DNA of 64,000 nucleotides from Octopus sinensis (GCF_006345805.1 NC_043006.1:47492001-47556000), one strand, 5' to 3'. Shown: positions 1 through 13,524, counted from the stretch's first letter. The notes: a model not told the origin generated them from the letters alone. Program-made: numbers and translations.

Positions 1-529
1 GAGCTGGAGATATCTTTTGAAAATAGTCAATACAACAATGTACTATAGAGGCTTCAGTCATTTCACAGCCTAATCATGAAGCGACGATAGTAGACACAAA
101 ACAATGCTAAACATTTCCCAAAGTATATCATACTTCGTGCATGTCTGTCTGCATTGACTGTTATGCTGTATAATAGAGTTTGTTGAAGCAGTTACTTCTA
201 AACAATTAGAGGGAATATTATAAACATATAGTATATCTAACGCCTTTGTTTCTTTTTTTTCGTTATTATATACATTTACTGCTGTAGTTTTCAAATCGTG
301 TAGTTTGAACATTCGAACGTTTTCTGGGAAAGTTTATCGAATAATTAACACCTATTTTTAGACAATTATTTCGTGGATATGCATGTAAGTAAGCCATGAT
401 AGTGTCATGTTTTCTTTTACATAAACACTCTAAACGATTAGGAAGACATAAATAAGAAGACAATCACATAAAACACACACAGACGCATACACCACACACA
501 CACATACATGTATATATGTGTGTATGTGT

Positions 530-564
<35 letters not shown>

Positions 565-954
565 GGCTACACATATTTACGAATATACACTATGATAATT
601 ATAATAAACACACACATATGTACACAGATGCACATCTACGTATGTATATATATGTATGTACGTTTGTATCAATGGATGGATGGATGGAGGGATGGAGGGA
701 TGGATGGAGAATGGATGGATAGATGGATACGTGTATCAACGGTTGTATATAATTACTTGCACGTGCGTGGGGATGAACTTTTCATTTCAATTTCAATTGC
801 ATAGCCATTATTTTCAATTTAATGGCTAACTAGACTTTATGGGACGGTGATGCATCCACTATTTTATATATATATTCCACGACCCATTCCTTCTTCACTG
901 CTATCAAAATTTCCTTTTTTCCTCCTCTCCCATTCATATTACACTAATTCAATG

Positions 955-963
955 AATCTGTAT

Positions 964-1035
<72 letters not shown>
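955..1035. repeat. (AT)n microsatellite, representative of dozens of (AT)n/(GT)n/(ATAC)n arrays in the window
   Basis: Directly visible dinucleotide array. Confidence 0.95.
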
Positions 1036-1166
1036 GTATGTATATATATACACATACATATATATGTATATGTATGTTTGTGTATATATGCATATATATA
1101 AACACAGATACATATACATGAATGTGTGTATATATATATATATATTATATATATATATATATATAT

Positions 1167-1358
1167 AGGGAGAATTCACAAAAAAAAAACAAAGGATGAA
1201 GATAGGTCGTGTAGACAACAAACAAATGTATTAGTATAACGTTCGGGTAGTGAAAAAGTCTTTAACGTTTCGTGCCTACGCTCTTCCACAGAAACGAACA
1301 CAGAAAGAAACAAGGCGAGAATATAAAGAACGTGTAGTGGCTAGCGATCTATCATGGC
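1167..1358 (-). mobile_element. Short repeat (family H2), probable Penelope-type terminal repeat carrying a hammerhead-like motif
   Basis: Homologous to 10787-10982 and starts directly after a (TA)n array. The minus strand reads UUU-CUGUGGA-A-GAGC-GUAG-GCAC-GAAAC-GUU-AAAG at 1258-1295. Confidence 0.5.
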
Positions 1359-1374
1359 AATTAAATTAAGTTTG

Positions 1375-1503
1375 TCCTTAAAGGATAATAATAATAAGGA
1401 ATATGCAATTACCTGGGAAATAATTAGTAGAGCTAAACCATATCGCAGAGGTAGCAAACCATGCGTATTATGTGTACAAGAAATTTACCAAATTCTTACA
1501 TAA
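1375..1503 (+). mobile_element. Penelope-like element, C-terminal end of the GIY-YIG endonuclease region (fragment)
   Basis: Frame from 1381 reads KDNNNKEYAITWEIISRAKPYRRGSKPCVLCVQEIYQILT*. This matches the W-x-I-x3-AKPY...C-x-LC-x2-E motif at the end of PLE ORFs. Confidence 0.7.
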
Positions 1504-2235
1504 AATACAAATGAGTAAACGATGTCTACATCAGTCCAAGCATGTGATTAATCAATATAATTAATTATGATACATAATACTAAAATTAGAAGAGTATTAA
1601 AGTAAACGATAGCAAATTAATAGGATAATTAAATATAAACCCCTTATTTTAATTGAGTAATAAGAATAATAAGCGAATAAAATTAACGATATCCCTGAAT
1701 AAAACTGATTTAATTTAAAATTAGCAAATTAAATAATAGACCAATATCTCATTATTTACAACTAGACTAGTAGTAGTAATAAGACTAGTAGTAGTGGAGT
1801 TGGAAATGATAAGAAAGTAACCATGACAACATCACCAAACTTCAAGTAACCTGATACAAAATATGGATACTATCCCTAATTAGTGTAATGGTAAAATATA
1901 TTAGCATTCCACTGATCTACTTCTGGACAGTAAGTCACTTGTTTTTTCTAACCAGCAGAGTTGAAATGGTCAGAATTTAGACTATTTATAGAATACTAAA
2001 TACCACGTGTATGATTAAGTTTGTTTGGACTTGTATTTAATTCAGATGATATCTGAAAATACAGATAATTGTGCCCGGAAGAAGAGGCATCGGTGATTAA
2101 CAACAAAATGGACACCAGATGTCAAGTTTGCAATGTGCACTGACTTTCTTCAGAAATATAATGTAGATACGAAAAAAAAAATGTAAAAAAAACTGCATTA
2201 AAACATGGATATAAATTTCTGTTCTCCTTAATTGG

Positions 2236-2274
<39 letters not shown>

Positions 2275-2512
2275 CGTTAAAATCTTCTTTCTGTATAGAT
2301 ATGAATATCAATGTAACCCTAGTTTTATCAGTCATTTAGACAACTCCTTCCTAATTATATATTCGTCAAAATGTAACAGTTTTTTGATGAAGCAACTGAT
2401 AGGGAAATCGAAAAAATGAAAAATAAAAAACAATATTCACCCTACTCAGTCCGAAATAGACTTTATTGCAAAACCAAGTATGAATACATGCGAATACACA
2501 CACATACACACA

Positions 2513-2563
<51 letters not shown>

Positions 2564-3334
2564 GCGTCCGAAATTGCAAGGATAATGTGGTGCTTGTCTG
2601 AGGATAGAAAACAATGACCCGTCTTTGTTTTCTTTGTATCGTCTATCTGGGTTTTTTGTTGTCCCTTTTTGTATCACCTAGCTGTCCGGATGTTTTGCGT
2701 TCTTGTCCCATTTTGCATTTTATATATATACGTATGTGTATATATTATATAAGTGTGTGTGTGCATATGTTCTTGAATATATCTGCGTGTGTGTTCGCAC
2801 ACACATAGTGTATGTGGTTTGCTTGTGCACTCATTTGCTGCGGATGGCGCCCGGAGAAAGCTCCCTAGACGACGCTCATTTTTAAAGAACACAGAATGTT
2901 TCAGACCAGGTTAGATAACTTGCCTCGAAAGACCGAAAATGGTAAATGTCAATATTTCGATTTATTGTGGATTACGAATATCATGCAAACATATCTCCGT
3001 GGAACGAAAAAAAATGCTGGGTTGCGACTTGTATGTAAATAGTGCGAAATATATTTTCTGATGTGCTGCGGCGCTGCACACGTGAGAGAAAACTGAAAGC
3101 AGATCTGGTTATAAGTAACACTAGTAATGTGATAGCCATATGTATACATGAGAGTTTTTGCTCACTATGTTCTCATAAATTGATTCTCTCAGAATAAATC
3201 TAAAGGAAATAAGTAGGACTTCCAAAATACATCGTTTTCACGTATAAATTTTCCACTTAATGTTTTGCACTCAAACCTTAAATCGAGATGTTTAATCGGT
3301 ATTTACTACAAGTATTCACATACATACATACTTG

Positions 3335-3423
3335 CATACATACATACATACATACATACATACATACATACATACATACATACATACATACATACATACA
3401 TACATACATACATACATACACAC
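3335..3423. repeat. (ATAC)n tetranucleotide microsatellite
   Basis: Directly visible. Similar arrays lie at about 20290-20390 and 37960-38010. Confidence 0.95.
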
Positions 3424-4556
3424 ATTCCTACATATATATATATATATATTTAATAGATCATAGATAGTCTTTTGATCAAACAAACAAATCGGAAAAAAAA
3501 TATTCGCCCTACCCAGTCCGAAATAGACTTTATTGCAAAACCAGGTATGAATATATGCGAATTCATATTTATATGTATGCGTATCGGTATATATATATAT
3601 GTTAATACATCATAGATATATACAAGCATAGATGCAAACAAGCATTCCTATATAAGCATACATATACTTATGCATAAATATGTATCGATCTACTAAAACA
3701 TATTTTCTTATCAATCTATTTAAGTATATATTCATATGTACATACATATACGCGCGCGCGAGTGTGTGTGAATGAATGGAGTAAAAGCATGGGACGTATG
3801 AGAGTGCAAATGTGTGTATGTGTTTGTTTCTTTGTGTGGATGTCAGTAGTGTGTGGTGTATGTGTTACCGAATGTAGGTGCTTGATAAATGGCGATATCA
3901 GTGTGCGTGTATCTGGATATACGTAGGCGTGCAAGCTTCAACAAATGGTGTGAGTGGGGACGTAGTTCAATGTGATGGTGAACGTGGCTGTGTCAAAAGA
4001 TGGTGGAAAAAGTGAGGGGGTTATACATGTGAGAAAGTTAAGAAAATGTGGGATGATGACAAGAGAGAGTAATCACTGTGGTGTTGGTACGTTGAGGGCG
4101 TGTGCGTAGTCAGGAAAATTGTGTGGAATAGAATGTGCATAGTTAGATGCTTATGAAAGACTTGCATGGAGCAGCAAGGGAGAAGATGGAGAGAAACAGG
4201 TTAAGGGTGGAGAAGAGTAAACTGAAAGGACTCGGGTGGAGAATTCACACCGAAAATACATGACTCTAGAGAATTAAATTACTATATCCATATATTTGCA
4301 TCGGAATGGTCTACTTTGCGGACTTGAGTCTGGTACTTTGCGCTCTGAATTCAAATAATGTTCGTATCGAAATTATCTACTATATTTCAGACGTTCATAT
4401 TCAAATTACCAATGAACCACTAGGTCGATACATATGTCCATCTTAATTTCCATTCTTCTCTCTCATAAGAAATCATGTGTTCAGTGGTCAAGATACAAAT
4501 ATTTTACCATATTCAAAATGACCACGTACACATAGATGCATAGGTTTGTGAATACG

Positions 4557-4593
<37 letters not shown>

Positions 4594-5429
4594 ATATTAT
4601 ATATATATATATATATATATTATATGTCTACATGTGTATGTGTGTGATTTTGTATGTGTGAACTATGATACTATACAAAATAATAGGTTATATAACACTG
4701 ATAGTTACGGCTTTATATGAGATCATAAGCTCAATGCTCAGTCTTTTGTTTGGACTAGCAACGAAATAGCAGCATACATACATAACATCGCAAATACAAA
4801 AATGCACAGACGCTTACATACATGCATACATTACATACATGCACACATACAAATTCACGTACGTACGTACATATACATGTATGTATGCATACATGTATGT
4901 TTATATGTATATGTGAATGTATGTACGGCATAAATATACACGCAATGATTATGCAAGAAATTTCTGCATAAACACATGTATACATATCGACACACATACA
5001 TTCATTCATACGGTATTGGGAAATACATATAACTCTCTGATTTTGTATTGATTTTTATCCCAAATGATTTCACGTCATAATTTTACAATTCATAAAGAAA
5101 CAGTTAACGATATGGTTACGAGATGTTTGGCGATATTTGTGAGTTTAGACATTAAAGACATTTTGTTGAGAACTTAGTACGTGTGTCTACCATTCCCAGA
5201 TGGCCCAACTAATTAATCTTTTCTTTAGAATTCTGCTTTGTGTCAATATGTTCGCGTATTTATTCCCAAAATGAATAGCAGAAATGGTTGTTGAACAATA
5301 AACGATATGTAGAACAATGTGAAGCACATATGCATTAACACAAATATAAATTATTTATACGCATATGCACACAATCAGCACACATATATATTTGATATAT
5401 GATATTATATTATATAATATATAATAATA

Positions 5430-5802
5430 GGCGTAGGAGTGGCCGTGTGGTAAGTAGCTTGCTTACCAACCACATGGTTCCGGGTTCTACAATAGCCTCG
5501 GGCCGACCAAAGCCTTGTGAGTGGATTTGGTAGGCGGAAACTGAAAGAAGACCGTCGTATATATGTATATATATATATGTATGTGTGTATACGTTAGTGT
5601 GTCTGTGTTTGTCCCCCCAACATTGCTTGACAACCGATGCTGATGAGTTTACGTCCCCGTAAGTTAGCGGTTCGGCAAAATTGACCGATAGAATAATTAC
5701 AAGACTTACAAAGAATATGTCATGGGGTCGATTTCCTCGACTGAGGCGGTGCTCCAGCATGGCCACAGTCAAATATCTGAAACAAGTAAAAGAGTAAAAG
5801 AG
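5430..5802 (+). mobile_element. tRNA-derived SINE family A (central microsatellite), with a ~40-bp internal deletion
   Basis: Head GGCGTAGGAGTGGCCGTGTGGTAAG...GGTTCCGGGTTC has A/B-box-like motifs. The body GGATTTGGTAGGCGGAAACTGAAAGAAG and tail GGCGGTGCTCCAGCATGGCC...GAAACAAGTAAAAGAG are shared with at least 7 other copies here. Confidence 0.85.
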
Positions 5803-5806
5803 TATG

Positions 5807-5887
<81 letters not shown>

Positions 5888-7638
5888 TTTATTTAAAAGC
5901 AGCAGAAATCTAACAAAAGCTGTTACTCAGAGTTTCATGTTCCCGTTCGGTTATAGAGCGAGCATACAGATGTAAGCATTGGCAAAAACACACATTTAGT
6001 GCATATAAGTAGTCTCTATCATTATATATAATTTAAACTTTAATTTCCTTTATATTTAACATTCACCATTGGTATCCCTGCTCTTTCTGTTAGCTACTTA
6101 TGACATTATATCATATAACGTTTTTTTTAAACAATATTAATAGCGTTCTGTCAATCGCTATACAAATCCAATTTTGGCTAAAATGTCTTCTTGACAAGTT
6201 TCGTGTTTTTCACTTTCCCGAACAGAAGATTGCATTGTTTATACCATTTATTCTTTTGAATAGTATCAGTGGAATTTTCTAAACATGTGTCGAAAGTAAA
6301 AATATTTGATTTACACCTGCGTTAAACTCCATTTATTTATTCATATATTATTCAAAATATTCCACGTAAACACGAAGTTTCTACCTTTATAAACAAGGAG
6401 TTACAACATCTTTACTTGTGAGATTTTTGCTACCCTGGTAACTATTTATTTATTTTTTCCGTTTTAATTGTTAACAAGGTAAAAATACACTCATCTATTT
6501 ATATATATATAAATAGATGAGGGTACTTTATTACATTGCACCATTGATTCATATGTTCCTGTTTCCTATGATACTAACATTTTGAAAAAATGCCAAGTCA
6601 GGAATATACTTCATCACTCAGCAATGCGCCACAATTTTCTTTTATTCTTTGGTTCGATGTTTTCTTCTCACGGTTATTTTATATAATTCAATATCGTATA
6701 ATAACAGTAAAATGCAGCTCGTGCTTGTGGATGTATGGGTGTGTATGATATTGCAAAATATTTTGCGGTGTAAGCATATGTGATCTAAGTATATTAACAT
6801 ACTTTAACATTTTTTTAATGTTAGAACATGCATTCATAAACAATAACTGCTGAACATTTACACTGGAAAAGTAGTCCAAAAAGCCATTGCAAAAACATCC
6901 ACGGTTACTATTTTTCTTTCTGTGTATATCTAACTATATATCTACATGTATATCACCAACCTTACTAGAAAGAATTTGTTTCTAACGCGAAAGAGACATT
7001 TAAATGAAAGAAAAATTACTATAAACATGAAGAATGGTTCGTTTCTTTTCTTTTTGTTCATAACAATTCGTTTTCTTATTTCTTTTCATCATTACATGTA
7101 TTGTTGGTGTGTCCTCACTTTGCAGCTGCTATTCTCTTCAACAGGTTTTCTGTTTGTAATTTTTATGTTCATGTTTTGTTATTAGACTTTTTCAATACTT
7201 ATTTGTCAGTAGGAAAACGTATGACCAAAAAATAAATCCCTGGTAAAAAGTTGATCGACTTTTGTTTTTATACTTTCAATCAAATTAGCTCACAACTGCA
7301 AAAATAATTAAATATGTTTCTGCGTGAAAGTGTTTTATTTCTTATGTATTACGAAACACAAAGAATTGTTGCATTTGACATGAAAGAAAGGAGAAATGAT
7401 ATAAAAAATCATTGAACGAAATATTTGCAGAATCTACACGGCAAAGATTGACAGCAATGTATTAGGATCTAAGAGTATGTTCTCCACATTTTGCAAAAAG
7501 CTTCTAGTTCTTATCTAACATAAGGAAAAATCATTAGAAGAATTATATAACGTGCAGTTAAAGAAACTCGAAATCATAATATTGTTAAGTATAGGAAAAG
7601 TTTGAAACACGTTTACAATATATAAATACACTCATGTA

Positions 7639-7800
7639 AGGCGACAAGTTGGTGGAATAGTTAACACGCCGGATGAAATGTTTAGTGGAATTTCGTCCCG
7701 TTCTGAGTTCAGAATCTGGCGAGGTAGACTTTCTCTTCATACATTGAAGTTCGATGAAATAAGTACCAAATTCCAGACCTTGTAGAATAGAAAGGACCCC
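7639..7800 (+). mobile_element. SINE family B, degenerate monomer
   Basis: AGGCGACAAGTTGG...GTTCTGAGTTCAGAATCTGGCGAGGTAGACTTT...AAATAAGTACC, homologous to the 14309 unit. Confidence 0.75.
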
Positions 7801-7880
7801 ACCACATACAAACACACGCACATACACGTACACACTCATGTATAAATATAAACTTATGTATATATATATATATATATATA

Positions 7881-7997
7881 TCACGTGATCACGTGACCGA
7901 CCAGACCATCAGATGTTGTTACACATCGCTGGTCACAATGCGTTCGCATTGTTTTAGCCTTCGAATGACGCCACCCCGCTGGCTAAGCGAGCAGGCC
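7881..7997 (+). mobile_element. 117-bp structured repeat inserted in (TA)n, copy 1
   Basis: Differs at 2 of 117 positions from the reverse complement of 29309-29425. Both copies are flanked on both sides by TA repeats. Confidence 0.85.
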
Positions 7998-8859
7998 ATA
8001 TTATATATATATATTCGGTATTGAGGAGCTACAATATTGGCAAAATATCGATATCTTGCGAATTTATTTCACTTTGACAATATATTCCTCAGTAATATTA
8101 GCATCAAAGGTTTTAGCTAACAGTTATTTCCATGCAGTTTCAATACCAAATTTCAACCCTTTCGGTTCACCTGGAGTAAATTATCATTACGATGTCGAAT
8201 TCCTCGGCCCTTTTTTTGTAGAAAGCCTGGTTATAATGTGTAACCTCAATTAACGGTTGCATTAGCAATGGAAATTTACGAAAGATTGAAGAGGACTGAC
8301 AAAAGGGAGTTTAAGTTCTTACGAATGGTAGTGAGAAGCGTTACCAATGACAAGATATGAAACTGAATAAAATATATAATCGTGGTATGCTTGTAAATAA
8401 TTTATAAACAGATGGTCCAGCTGTCTTGACGAGCGTACACATTATGTAAGAAAACATAACTACTAAACTAGCCAAACAGATATGCTAAAGTAAAGACGCA
8501 TGAAAAATGCGCACTAAAGTTTAGAGAGAGACGTATATAGTCTTCAAACGTTTATTTGCCAAAAAGCAGAACAATTCTGAAATATGCACGTTTTATATTA
8601 TCTCATAGAAATGAATATGCATAATGCCTAATAAAATTTCGTGTGACCTCTTTTCAATAAAAGGCTCGCTATAAACAGATGGTCGGTTTTCTTGGCAAGC
8701 GTTCGTATATCGTACAGACACACATCAGTGGAAAGCTACTCAAATGCAAACGTTAAAAGGAAAGGAAGGAGTAAAAGAAATAATACACAAAACGAAGGAG
8801 TCGCATAGCTACGTGTATCTGTTTGAACTTCAATGAAACACACAAACAAGAAAACAACG

Positions 8860-9226
<367 letters not shown>

Positions 9227-9276
9227 GTTTGGGCGATGCTGGCAGTATATTCTCCACATCGCACAAATAATGTACC

Positions 9277-9870
9277 GCTCGCGGCGGCGTTGGAGAGAGT
9301 GAAGTTTCAAGGCTTTGAAGAGGTCCCAGTAATCGAGATCAGTCATGCCTTCAATTCGTTTAGTGAGTGCCCTATGGGGTGATTCAATCCTCGAGATGTT
9401 TTGTTTTGTATGAGGAGACCACCAGGGGCTTCAGTATTAGCTGTGTGGCTGTACAAAAAAGGAAAAAAGTGTAATGGTGACACTTTGTTCTCTGGACCAG
9501 AAGGTTTTCAAGATCCAGTGGCTCATTCTACGAGCTATATCGACATTATTGTTGATGTGGGCACTCCAACTGAGATTGTTATCAACAATTACACCCAGGT
9601 CTCTGATATTATTAGATGCCGTGAGCGGTTCCGTTGAAGGAAGAGAGTATGGTTGTTCAAGTATAGACTTTCTTCCAAAATGCATCAGCTCAAATTTTCC
9701 CTCGTTCAGAGATTTTGATAAGTTTTTATATTAGAGATTTAGACTCTCATTAGACAGTGGAATGTGAATTCAGTTTTTGAAGACATATTCTTCATGTACA
9801 GTAACATCTAGATGACACGAAGGCAAGACAGGTCATCAGTCATTCTGCAAATGACACTTTCGAATTAATT
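9277..9870 (-). mobile_element. CR1-clade LINE reverse transcriptase C-terminal remnant
   Basis: Reads NEGKFELMHFGRK...IRDLGVIVDNNLSWSAHI...ARRMSHWILKTFWSRE...LFSFFVQPH, the typical post-RT region of CR1/L2 ORF2, with frameshifts. Confidence 0.85.
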
Positions 9871-10226
9871 TGCAAATTTAGCTGAAGCAATCCACGAATA
9901 GAATGTCCCTTACATTAATTAGTGAGATATAACATATACATAAGATGAACGCGTTAACCATTAAAGAACAGCAGAAGACTGATGAATACACGAGGATTGT
10001 AAACTGTTTGATCCGAACCTAACAGTCTATCGACACTTTTAATTCCGGTTGTCCATTAATTATGAGTAAGGTCATTACATTTCTAGTAATCACTTAATAC
10101 AATGAATTGCATCACCGTATGTTACTCAAAAGTCATATATCACTCAGTGTGATTTCGTTAATCACAAATTCATGCATTAAGACATGCATACGTACCTATA
10201 TATACGTGTGTGTAAATGTGTGTGAA

Positions 10227-10257
<31 letters not shown>

Positions 10258-10627
10258 ATACAGAGAGAGACAGAGAGGCAGACAGACAGAGACAGATAGA
10301 TAGATACATGCATATATATATATGTGTGTGTGTGTATGTTTTACACCCGCACACATATCTTAATAAATCGTAACATCACTTACCAACTGTACGAGACTAT
10401 CCAGAATGGTATCTATTAAAGTTCATTTGTTGGTGGTGCATGACTAGCATATACCCAGACGACGGTGATGCTTCCTGTGGTTTGCAACTCGTGTCTCTTA
10501 AATTTTCTTTTCTTCTTCGTTTTGAAGACAATTAAGAAGGAGAAGTGAGTCAGGAACACGTTCGAGCTGAATACACAAGAAGTATCTTAGGGATTCAGAT
10601 AATGCTGTTGGTTCGCTATATATATCT

Positions 10628-10679
<52 letters not shown>

Positions 10680-10720
10680 TAATATATATTATATATAATA
10701 TATATATTATATATATATAG

Positions 10721-10786
<66 letters not shown>

Positions 10787-10787
<1 letters not shown>

Positions 10788-10982
10788 GGGAGAGTTTACG
10801 AAAAAACAAAAGACGAAGGCAGGTGGTGTACAAAACAAACAGGGATATTAGTATAACGCTCAGGAATAGAAAAAGTCTTTTACGTTTCGAGCATACGCTC
10901 TTCTACAGAAAGGGACACAGAAAAAACAAGGAGAGAAACAAGGAGAGAAAAAAATGTATGCCGTGGCTAACGATCTATCATT
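10787..10982 (-). mobile_element. Short repeat family H2 with a hammerhead-like motif
   Basis: Homologous to 1167-1358. The minus strand reads CUUU-CUGUAGA-A-GAGC-GUAU-GCUC-GAAAC-GUA-AAAG at about 10877-10914. Confidence 0.55.
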
Positions 10983-11056
<74 letters not shown>

Positions 11057-11062
11057 AATAAC

Positions 11063-11170
11063 TGACCGCTAGCTCCAAATTTTATTTCTCTCTCGTTTTA
11101 TTCTTCCTCTGTTTCTTGCCTCGTGTTCCTTTCTCTTTCGAGCATAGGCTCGACACATAAAAGACTTCCC
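11063..11170 (+). mobile_element. Family H2 degenerate copy in the opposite orientation
   Basis: GACCGCTAGCTCC...GAGCATAGGCTCGACACATAAAAGACTT resembles the reverse complement of the 10860-10982 and 1255-1355 segments, with a deletion. Confidence 0.45.
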
Positions 11171-11479
11171 CTGCACATCCGTGTGTGTCGTCAAGTAAAA
11201 TGAGGTGATGAACCTCATTCGTATTTTGAATTCGGCGTTACTAACATTGAATATGATCTGTCTGATACCGTTAAGTTGAGAGATATGTTCAATTCTTCCA
11301 GTACCTTCGAATTTAATATTTTTAATATTTAATATTGTTGGTGTCCCATGCTGATGAAGAAAATGGTTGGGTAAAGTATAATTCTATATTCTTTATACCG
11401 ATCTAATTCCGAAACGCGCGTACATGCGTGACCAGATATAGATTCATTTTCGTTATTTTTTCCTCTCTGCCTGCGTGGA

Positions 11480-11708
11480 TTGTTTTCAAGTATTTTGGTT
11501 TTTCTGGGAGTCCCTTTTTAAAGTACAAGTAATAGCTAAGGTCTTTTGGCTGCTATTTCTAAACTTCGGTATGTGGTAAAGCAAATCTTTGCTGAACCCT
11601 AATTATAAAGTATTACTGAAGTTTACCGTGAAATAGTCCTTTTTCATGCCGAATTCTACTTGGTGAAATTATTGATTACTTCTTAATTAATTAATTTTAC
11701 CCTTTGTT

Positions 11709-11712
<4 letters not shown>
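11480..11712 (+). repeat. Unclassified dispersed repeat (~230 bp) ending at a (TA)n array
   Basis: Diverged homolog at 29020-29245. Shared blocks are TCTGGGAG, AATAGCTAA, GTGGTAAAGCAA, TGCTGAACCCTA and AATTAATTAATTTTACCCTT. Confidence 0.75.
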
Positions 11713-11757
<45 letters not shown>

Positions 11758-12143
11758 GTTTGTGTATGTATATGTAGGTATATATGTATGTATATGTTTG
11801 TATATGTATGTGTGTGTATGTGTGTGTCTGCGTGTCTGTGTGTGAACTAAGAGTTTAAAGATGAAGAGAGATATGCAGTCAATAATACAATTTATCGATA
11901 GAACTCGAGGTGGATAAGGCCATAAAAATTAGTGCTTGGGACATTGGGTTAAGAATGTAACTTTGAATGGAAACCTGTCAAAGGCTGCCCGTGATCTTTG
12001 AACTTACTTTTAACCATCATCCCAAATCAGCCCTTTAAATTTTTTTCGGTCTATTTCCTCTACCTCTCATAGATGCAGTCGACTATATTCCACGGAAGAC
12101 ATTTTTCAGCCCAATGTTCAACACTTTATTTTGTACCTTCGTG

Positions 12144-12445
12144 AAAGCGGCAAGCTGGTTGAATCGTTAGCACGCCGCGCAAAATGCATAGCGGCATTAT
12201 GTTCGTCCTTATGTTCTGAGTTCAAATTCCGCCGATGTCAACTTTGCCTTTTATCCTTTCGATGAAATAAGTACCATTTTAACACTGGGGTCGAAGTAAT
12301 CGGCCAGTTTCCCTCCCCTAAATTTCAAGCCATGTGCTTAGAGTAGAAAGGATTACTTATAGCTTTTTTACAGGCGACGAGCTAGCTGATCGTTAGCATG
12401 TCCGGCAAAATGCTTAGTGGCATTACGTCGTTGTCTATCCTGAGG
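12144..12445 (+). mobile_element. SINE family B monomer plus a second truncated head
   Basis: GCGGCAAGCTGG...GTTCTGAGTTCAAATTCCGCCG...ATAAGTACC...CTGGGGTCG...TAGAGTAGAAAG. A second head starts at 12371 and is interrupted by the mariner remnant. Confidence 0.75.
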
Positions 12446-12940
12446 AGATAAACCAAAGGACACTGTAAATGCAGGAATATATTGTGGACAATAGAAAGCA
12501 TTCCACAAAAGATTGCAGGAAAATCGCATATCATTCGCCAAACTAAAGTGAGTGTTGCTATCAACGTGATAATGGAAGACAACAAATTGCTCAATCCGCT
12601 GAGAATAAAAATTCCGGCCCCAAAAAATACGTCTGGTCTCAGAATCATTGTTCACCAGACCTTCAATCTAGCAATTTTCTTTTCAGATCATTGCAACATT
12701 ATTTGGCGGGGAAAATTTTTATTAATTGCGAGGAGGTTAAAAGTGATACTGAGTATTTCTTTGCTTGAAAGCATGAAGAAGTTTACGCTCGAGGTATCAA
12801 TGATTTGCCAAATAGATATGAAGTGCTATCAATATTGAGGGGGTGTTACATTCTTCATTAAATATATCAATTAAAACCAGAGTGCTTGTTTCTTTTTCAT
12901 CTTGAAACGCAATAAGACATACTTTCCTGCCCAACATATA
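12445..12940 (+). mobile_element. Mariner transposase C-terminal remnant with right TIR
   Basis: Mosaic frames give PKDTVNAGIYCGQ...HCSPDLQSSNFLFRSLQHYLAGKIFINCEEVKSDTEYFFA*KHEEVYARGINDLPNRYE (YSPDLAPSD-like motif). A TIR-like CATACTTTCCTGCCCAACATATA lies near 12918-12940. Confidence 0.8.
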
Positions 12941-13365
12941 TAGTGTAACATCTCATAACACTGAATTTTCAAACGTAAATCATTATTAGAGAAACTAGAA
13001 GCCAATTAGGTTCTACACGGTTTAGATTTTATTTTGATAAATTATGTTCAAATCAAATAATTAACGCGATTATTAATTATCTTGTCATTTTCAGTATGAG
13101 CACAGTTTCATTATAAACCGTAAGAAGCAAATAAACGAATGCATATATAAATAATAAAAACATATTTCTCTATTTGTGTGTAAAAGAGAGAGAGAGTAAG
13201 TTATGAACTTTACAATGGAACCTATGTTTATATCGATATTTATAACTTGAAGAGAAAAATAATGTTGGTTTAAATGTTTTGCGCACACATCATATGCTTA
13301 ATGTAATTAGATATCTCGCATGTATTCATATATATATATATATTACATATATATAATATAATATA

Positions 13366-13447
<82 letters not shown>

Positions 13448-13524
13448 ATATTATTATAGAGAGAGAGACACACAACACACAGACACAGCCAGCCAGAGAT
13501 TATATGATATGTATACATATATAT

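Noticed and set aside
3860-4260. Purine-rich block resembling the antisense of the Penelope remnant at 36570-37450 (similar pyrimidine-rich blocks at 53440-53590 and 54640-54880)
   Set aside because: The similarity is compositional only, and no diagnostic motif could be translated.
8050-8330. Protein-like minus-strand frames (FTPGEPKGLKFGIETAWK*LLAKTFDANITEEY)
   Set aside because: The frames are interrupted by stops and cannot be assigned. They are probably an old TE fragment, but I cannot name the family.
12382-12648. Hydrophobic ORF (FFGAGIFILSGLSNLL...) resembling a claudin/TARP or GPCR membrane protein
   Set aside because: It is the antisense frame of the mariner transposase remnant at 12445-12940.
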